In this document: one piece after another, positions 59,038 to 64,000 of the stretch
Position numbering within the stretch: position 1 is the stretch's first letter
How the letters are laid out: each line of letters starts with the position of its first letter
Assembly: GCA_050288705.1 (NCBI GenBank)
Contig: JBNKEI010000207.1
Coordinates: 6,701 to 70,700, forward strand
Length of the DNA: 64,000 bases
Origin: Myxococcales bacterium
GTDB lineage: Bacteria; Myxococcota; Myxococcia; Myxococcales; UBA5297
Reading direction: 5' to 3'
Translations under genes and position numbers: made by a program
Notes under the pieces: model-generated
Database searches by the model: none
What the model was told of the DNA's origin: nothing
Seen by the model: only the letters and a program-made list of their open reading frames with translations

Positions 59038-60855
59038 ATGCGCGAAACTCCCATTCCTGTTCGTCTACTGGTTCCCCATGCTAGCGAGGATGAGTTTTTT
59101 GGAGAGTTCGAGCCGTGCTGGCGCCAAGGTTCAATTTTTCTGGCCACCAGCAGGCCCAGTCCTCCAGGTGCTTGGCTAGTTTTCGAATTTGTGCTTGCCA
59201 GTGGCAAAAAAGTTTTGCGTGGCGAGGGGAGAGTAATCGATGCCGCCTGGTCTGATTCTCCTCGGCCAGGGATGACTTTGCTTCTCGGCGAGCTTGATTC
59301 GCCACGTGTAAGTACCTGGACTAAAAGAATTACCGAACAAAAAGAGGCAATTCCTGACCACCGAAGACGTTGGCAAGCGGTTTTGGAAAGGCCTAACCGA
59401 GAAATTAGTCCCCGCATTTCTCCTCCTATAGTAGGTATTGAGTGGGGAATTGATGTATTGAGAGCATCTTGGTGTACTGAGCAATCGCCGCAACCTTTAG
59501 CGTTGGAAAACGAAAACAGTAATTTGCCTGCATGGATAGCTTGGGACAATCTAGAGGAATTATGCATGGGAACTCGTGCGCTGAAGTTGGCTAAAGAAGA
59601 GCCAGCGAAAGCCATGGGAGCCTTACGAATGCTGCTAGGACAGAGTTCCCGCTCGCCGTTGGTTCGCGAAATAGAAAAGCATTTTTTTTACGACATAGAT
59701 GAAAACGAAAATGGCGATCTAGTAATCAAAATGCCAGAAAAAGCACAATCCTTATTGCAGATATCTTCTCAACTATTAGCGGAAATCCAAAAGAAAGCTT
59801 CTCTAATTTGGGGTTCGCCGGTAAAAAAAGCAGTAATCGCCGTTCCTTCCTGTTTTTATTTTCGGCAACGAGAGGCTATACAACAGGCTTGCCAGCTTGC
59901 AGGTTGGGAACTGGAAAAGATGGTGAGTGAGCCGGTTGCTGCAGCTATGGCTTATGAATTTGGAAAAGGTTTGGCGAGAAAGCGGGTTTTGGTATTTCAC
60001 TGGGATGGAAGAATAATAGATATATGTGTGCTGGAAATTACGGGAAATGATTTCGAAATGATTGCGTCAGGAGGTGAAACAGTAGGCGTTTTAGAATCAG
60101 CTTCTACTGGCTTTGCCGAGAGAAGTCGGCACTTGTGTAAAAAAATTTTTGACCAATATAAATTAAGTACTTCGGCAATAGACGAAATTTTGTTATTGGG
60201 AGAGCAATCACGAATTCAGGGAATTAGTGAATGGTTGGAACATTTTCTTGGAAAACCAGTGCAAGTAATGGAGTCTAAAGGATTGATAGCCTCGGGCGCT
60301 GCTCTTTTAGGCAAAGGACTGCGAGAGCAAGACCAAGACGACGCCGATTTTTTTTGTTTGCACTGTAGCGAATTACTCTCTGCTTCAATTGCTATTTTGG
60401 TTTTTGAGAACAAAGAAGATAGATTCGAAAAAATGCTTTCTATTCCTTCACGATTGCCGTGCGAAAAAACGAGAGAATTCTGTGCAGATGAGCACGGAGA
60501 GCTAAGCTTTTGGGTGTTTCAAGGAGAAGGCGATTGTTGGGAAGAAATGGAATGCTTGGGCGAAATACGTCTTGCCGAGCTGGATGTTGGTGCGCAGGTG
60601 GAAATATTATTCTCGGTTTCCCGAGATGGAATACTCACGATTTTTACTCACGCACGGGGAACCTATCAGAAGCTGAATTGGAATCGGGCGAGTTTTTGGA
60701 AGAATAGATGGAGCGAGCAATCGTTTTTTAATGCAGAGCCTGTTCCTACTTCGCCGGAATTGAACTGCGAAAAAACGGCAGCGGAAGAAAAAGGCATTTT
60801 TAGTGGTTTTAAGCGCTTACTAAAAAACCCTAGAAATGCCGCTTCTAAGATTTAA
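59038..60855 (+). CDS. PilZ-like N-terminal domain fused to a divergent Hsp70/actin-like ATPase-fold domain
   Basis: 605 aa from ATG 59038 (AGGTGG Shine-Dalgarno). The N-terminal ~100 aa has a PilZ-like pattern (PVRLLV...GSIFLAT...GEGRVIDAAW...GMTLLLGEL). The remainder parallels DnaK NBD motifs (IVGIEWG...; AVIAVPSCFYFRQREAIQQACQLAGWELEKMVSEPVAAAMAY; VLVFHWDGRIIDICVL; LLLGEQSRIQGISEWLEHFLGKPV). Confidence 0.75.
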   Translation: MRETPIPVRLLVPHASEDEFFGEFEPCWRQGSIFLATSRPSPPGAWLVFEFVLASGKKVLRGEGRVIDAAWSDSPRPGMTLLLGELDSPRVSTWTKRITEQKEAIPDHRRRWQAVLERPNREISPRISPPIVGIEWGIDVLRASWCTEQSPQPLALENENSNLPAWIAWDNLEELCMGTRALKLAKEEPAKAMGALRMLLGQSSRSPLVREIEKHFFYDIDENENGDLVIKMPEKAQSLLQISSQLLAEIQKKASLIWGSPVKKAVIAVPSCFYFRQREAIQQACQLAGWELEKMVSEPVAAAMAYEFGKGLARKRVLVFHWDGRIIDICVLEITGNDFEMIASGGETVGVLESASTGFAERSRHLCKKIFDQYKLSTSAIDEILLLGEQSRIQGISEWLEHFLGKPVQVMESKGLIASGAALLGKGLREQDQDDADFFCLHCSELLSASIAILVFENKEDRFEKMLSIPSRLPCEKTREFCADEHGELSFWVFQGEGDCWEEMECLGEIRLAELDVGAQVEILFSVSRDGILTIFTHARGTYQKLNWNRASFWKNRWSEQSFFNAEPVPTSPELNCEKTAAEEKGIFSGFKRLLKNPRNAASKI

Positions 60856-61133
60856 TTTGTCCTGGGGGCAAGATCACCATTTTACCAGTTGATTGGATGA
60901 CTGATCCAAAATTGCCAGGCGGTTGAGTTGATGTCGGCTTATTAGTGGTTCTATTTTATATTTCGCGTTACCGAAAGCAAAAAAGCTTTAGCTAATAAAT
61001 CTATAATAAATTACCAAGTTCAAAACCGGTCAGCGAAATGGTTGATTTTGCGAAGCCAGGAGTAGTGGGCATTCTTGACCGCGCAAAGGCATTCCGCGTA
61101 CAGTTTGCTAATCGTTGGCTTTTCGAGGTGCCT

Positions 61134-62837
61134 ATGGGCAGTAGGTTAGGAGAACTTCTGGTCCGGGAGAACTTAATCTCCATGGCCCAATTAAAAAAGG
61201 CACAGGAACAGCAGTCAAAGACTGGTGGGCGTATTGGCTACCACTTGATCAAAGTTGGGGCTATTGAAGAAACCAAACTTACCGATTTTCTTTCTAAGCA
61301 ATACGGTGTACCTTCGGTCAATCTTAAAGATTTTGATATTGATCCGGAAATTATAAAGCTGATCCCAAAAGAAGTATGCGAAAAGCACCTTGTTCTTCCG
61401 GTAAATCGCGCTGGTGCTTCACTGATTGTTGCAATGCATGATCCATCGAATATTTTGGCGATGGACGATATTAAATTTCTAACCGGATACAATGTAGAAT
61501 CGGTAGTGGCTTCAGAAGTATCTATCCGCGAGGCAATTGAAAAGTATTACTCTCCCAAAGGTCCGTCCTTAGAAGAAATTGTGGGAGAAATTGATGACTC
61601 GGGTGTGGAAGTAGCTGAAGAAACTGAAGCCGAGGATGTGGCTGACCTGGCTCGGGCTGCTGATGATGCGCCGGTTGTAAAACTAGTTAATTTGATCTTG
61701 CTCGATGCGATAAAGAAAGGGGCTAGCGATATTCACGTTGAGCCCTATGAAAAAGATTTTCGGGTTCGTTTTCGGATTGACGGTGTGTTGTATGAAGTTA
61801 TGAAGCCACCTATGAAATTGAAAAGCGCAATTACTAGTCGCCTAAAAATTATGTCGTCTCTAGACATTTCTGAGCGTCGATTGCCTCAGGATGGACGAAT
61901 AAAACTAAAACTTGGCGGCGGAAAAGAAATGGACTACCGCGTCTCGGTTTGCCCCACGCTTTTTGGAGAAAAGGTGGTGCTTCGTTTATTAGACAAAAGC
62001 AATCTTCAATTGGATATGACTAAATTGGGATTTGAACCTGGACCGCTGAAGTGGTTCAAAGAAGCTATTGATCGTCCATTTGGAATGGTATTGGTGACAG
62101 GACCTACTGGTTCTGGAAAAACTACTACCCTGTATTCGGCATTATCCGAGCTAAATAAAGTGTCCGAAAATATTTCTACCGCGGAAGATCCGGTAGAATT
62201 CAATTTTGCAGGCATCAATCAAGTGCAAATGCATGAAGATATTGGATTGAATTTTGCTGCGGCGCTACGCAGTTTTTTGCGGCAAGATCCTGACATAATT
62301 ATGATTGGTGAGATTCGTGATTTTGAAACCGCAGAAATTGGTGTGAAAGCGGCGCTTACCGGTCACTTAGTTTTGTCTACCTTGCATACCAATGACGCTC
62401 CATCTACAATTAGTCGTATGCTTAATATGGGAATTGAGCCTTTTTTAGTAACCGCTTCCGTCAATCTTATTCTTGCGCAGAGATTGGCGCGAAGATTGTG
62501 CGCAGAATGTAAGCGCCCCGCAGAATTGGAAGAACAAGTTCTGCTCGACGCAGGGGTTCCGCCGGACAAAATTGGTACTTTCCAGGTATTTGAACCGGGC
62601 GGATGTAAGTTGTGTAATGATCGTGGCTACAAAGGACGTGTAGCCTTGTACGAGGTAATGCCATTTTGGGACGGACTAAAAGAATTAGTTATTAATGGCG
62701 CATCTGCAGCAGAAATCAAGCAAGAGGCCATCAGACTGGGTTTGCAGACCTTGCGCATGGCCGGATTAAATAAGTTAATAGCAGGAATGACCAGCCTCGA
62801 GGAAGTTTTGGGAAATACTGCTCCAGATCAATTTTAG
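61134..62837 (+). CDS. pilB: type IV pilus assembly ATPase PilB (GspE family) with MshEN-type N-terminus
   Basis: Walker A GPTGSGKTT, Asp and His boxes, and a tetracysteine motif (CxxC...CxxC: CAEC...CKLC). The N-terminus is RLGELLVRENLISMAQLKKAQEQQ-SKTGG-RIGYHLIKVGAIEETKLTDFLSKQ. The ATG at 61134 has a GAGG Shine-Dalgarno; the ORF opens at 61038. Confidence 0.9.
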   Translation: MGSRLGELLVRENLISMAQLKKAQEQQSKTGGRIGYHLIKVGAIEETKLTDFLSKQYGVPSVNLKDFDIDPEIIKLIPKEVCEKHLVLPVNRAGASLIVAMHDPSNILAMDDIKFLTGYNVESVVASEVSIREAIEKYYSPKGPSLEEIVGEIDDSGVEVAEETEAEDVADLARAADDAPVVKLVNLILLDAIKKGASDIHVEPYEKDFRVRFRIDGVLYEVMKPPMKLKSAITSRLKIMSSLDISERRLPQDGRIKLKLGGGKEMDYRVSVCPTLFGEKVVLRLLDKSNLQLDMTKLGFEPGPLKWFKEAIDRPFGMVLVTGPTGSGKTTTLYSALSELNKVSENISTAEDPVEFNFAGINQVQMHEDIGLNFAAALRSFLRQDPDIIMIGEIRDFETAEIGVKAALTGHLVLSTLHTNDAPSTISRMLNMGIEPFLVTASVNLILAQRLARRLCAECKRPAELEEQVLLDAGVPPDKIGTFQVFEPGGCKLCNDRGYKGRVALYEVMPFWDGLKELVINGASAAEIKQEAIRLGLQTLRMAGLNKLIAGMTSLEEVLGNTAPDQF

Positions 62838-62857
62838 TACAGGAATGGGGGTATCTT

Positions 62858-63958
62858 TTGCTGAATTTGCACCAATTATTAAAAACAATGGTTGAAAAAG
62901 GGGCCAGCGACCTGCATATAACCACTGGGTCGCCCCCTCAACTACGCATCGATGGCAAATTGGTACCATTGAATACCCCGCCCTTGGCTCCAGTAGATAC
63001 CAAACAACTATGTTACTCTATTCTAACTGATGCTCAGAAGCATCGTTTTGAAGAAGAAAGCGAACTGGACCTTTCTTTCGGAGTAAAGGGGCTTTCTCGT
63101 TTTCGCGCCAATGTTTTTGTGCAACGTGGTGCGGTGGCTGCAGCTTTTCGCACCATTCCCTTTAAAATACTTTCTTTTGCAGAGTTGGGTTTGCCTCCTA
63201 TTGTTTCTGAGCTGGCAAAAAAACCTCGGGGGCTGGTATTGGTTACAGGGCCGACAGGGTCAGGAAAGTCTACTACCTTAGCTTCTATTATAGACAAAAT
63301 AAATACCGAAAGACATGAGCATATTCTTACCATTGAGGACCCTATAGAATTCTTGCACCCCCACAAGAATTGCATAGTGAATCAAAGAGAAGTTGGCGCG
63401 GACACGCGTTCGTTTAAGCTCGCTTTGAAATACATTCTTCGGCAAGATCCCGATGTTGTATTAATTGGTGAAATGCGAGATCTAGAAACCATGGAAGCAG
63501 CACTGGTGATTTCCGAAACCGGTCATTTGGCTTTTGGTACATTGCATACTAATAGTTGCGTGCAGACAATCAATAGAGTTTTGGACGTTTTTCCTCCTTA
63601 TCAACAGCCGCAGGTGCGAGCACAGCTTTCTTTTGTATTAGAGGGAGTATTAACCCAAGCTTTACTGCCGCGCGCGGGACAACCTGGACGAGTGCTCGCT
63701 ATGGAAATTATGGTTCCCAATCCGGCAATTCGGAACCTTATTCGGGAAGATAAAATACATCAGATTTATTCGCAGATGCAGGTAGGGCAACAAAGATTCG
63801 GTATGCAAACCTTTAATCAGAGTCTTTTGTCGCTAGTACAGAAAAAACTTATTACCGTAGATGATGCCCTGGGCCGATCTTCCGATTCCGAAGAGCTACG
63901 AAACATGATGGGAACTACGAGCCTGCGAAATCAAAATACTGGAAACACCTCACGTTGA
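62858..63958 (+). CDS. pilT: type IV pilus retraction ATPase PilT
   Basis: 366 aa, TTG start. ASDLHITTGSPPQLRIDG, Walker A GPTGSGKST and the AIRNLIRE motif. Confidence 0.9.
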   Translation: MLNLHQLLKTMVEKGASDLHITTGSPPQLRIDGKLVPLNTPPLAPVDTKQLCYSILTDAQKHRFEEESELDLSFGVKGLSRFRANVFVQRGAVAAAFRTIPFKILSFAELGLPPIVSELAKKPRGLVLVTGPTGSGKSTTLASIIDKINTERHEHILTIEDPIEFLHPHKNCIVNQREVGADTRSFKLALKYILRQDPDVVLIGEMRDLETMEAALVISETGHLAFGTLHTNSCVQTINRVLDVFPPYQQPQVRAQLSFVLEGVLTQALLPRAGQPGRVLAMEIMVPNPAIRNLIREDKIHQIYSQMQVGQQRFGMQTFNQSLLSLVQKKLITVDDALGRSSDSEELRNMMGTTSLRNQNTGNTSR

Positions 63959-63977
63959 TGCAAAAAAGGAGGACCCT

Positions 63978-64000
63978 ATGTCCCCTGGACCAGCGGTAGC
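63978..64000 (+). CDS. start of an unidentified CDS (position suggests a further pilus gene such as pilC, not verifiable)
   Basis: ATG at 63978 preceded by AGGAGG 5 nt upstream. Only 7 codons fall in the window. Confidence 0.3.

Overview
This 64 kb window looks like core chromosome of a Gram-negative bacterium. About 50 coding genes are tightly packed, with 4 tRNAs. I found no transposase, integrase, CRISPR array or rRNA.

Most genes are recognisable housekeeping functions:
- Translation: thrS-infC-rpmI-rplT-pheS-pheT-ihfA, alaS, prfC, prmC, ybeY, rnz.
- Aromatic amino acid synthesis: trpE-trpG and pheA-tyrA-aroA.
- Envelope: murA, lptD, an LtaS-family transferase and a CDP-alcohol phosphatidyltransferase.
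- Proteostasis: ftsH, grpE, htrA.
- Others: thiC, trxC, and the start of a type IV pilus cluster (pilB-pilT).

The accessory content includes a PEGA-domain Ser/Thr kinase homologue, a REC-DUF4388 regulator, a PilZ fusion, an FHA protein, VWA/TSP3 lipoproteins and many lipobox proteins. This suggests a Myxococcota/Bdellovibrionota-like ('deltaproteobacterial') lineage, but that is inference only.

I do not see a convincing multi-gene novel system. The most unusual items are single genes with odd architectures:
1. An orphan protein with a VgrG/gpD N-terminal module fused to Ig-like, LysM-like and CsgG/LpoB-like modules (16326-18107).
2. A protein with a degenerate PilZ domain and a degenerate Hsp70-like ATPase domain, directly upstream of pilB-pilT (59038-60855).
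3. A free-standing sigma70 region 1.1-like mini-protein between ftsH and grpE (20727-21017).
4. An RHH-FHA fusion abutting lptD (49285-50124).
5. A PEGA-domain pseudokinase (25227-26987).

Smaller observations are a non-AUG (ATC) infC start, several structured leaders and palindromes, and an AT-rich segment flanked by inverted repeats.

All domain calls come from reading the translations by eye against remembered family motifs. No searches were run.
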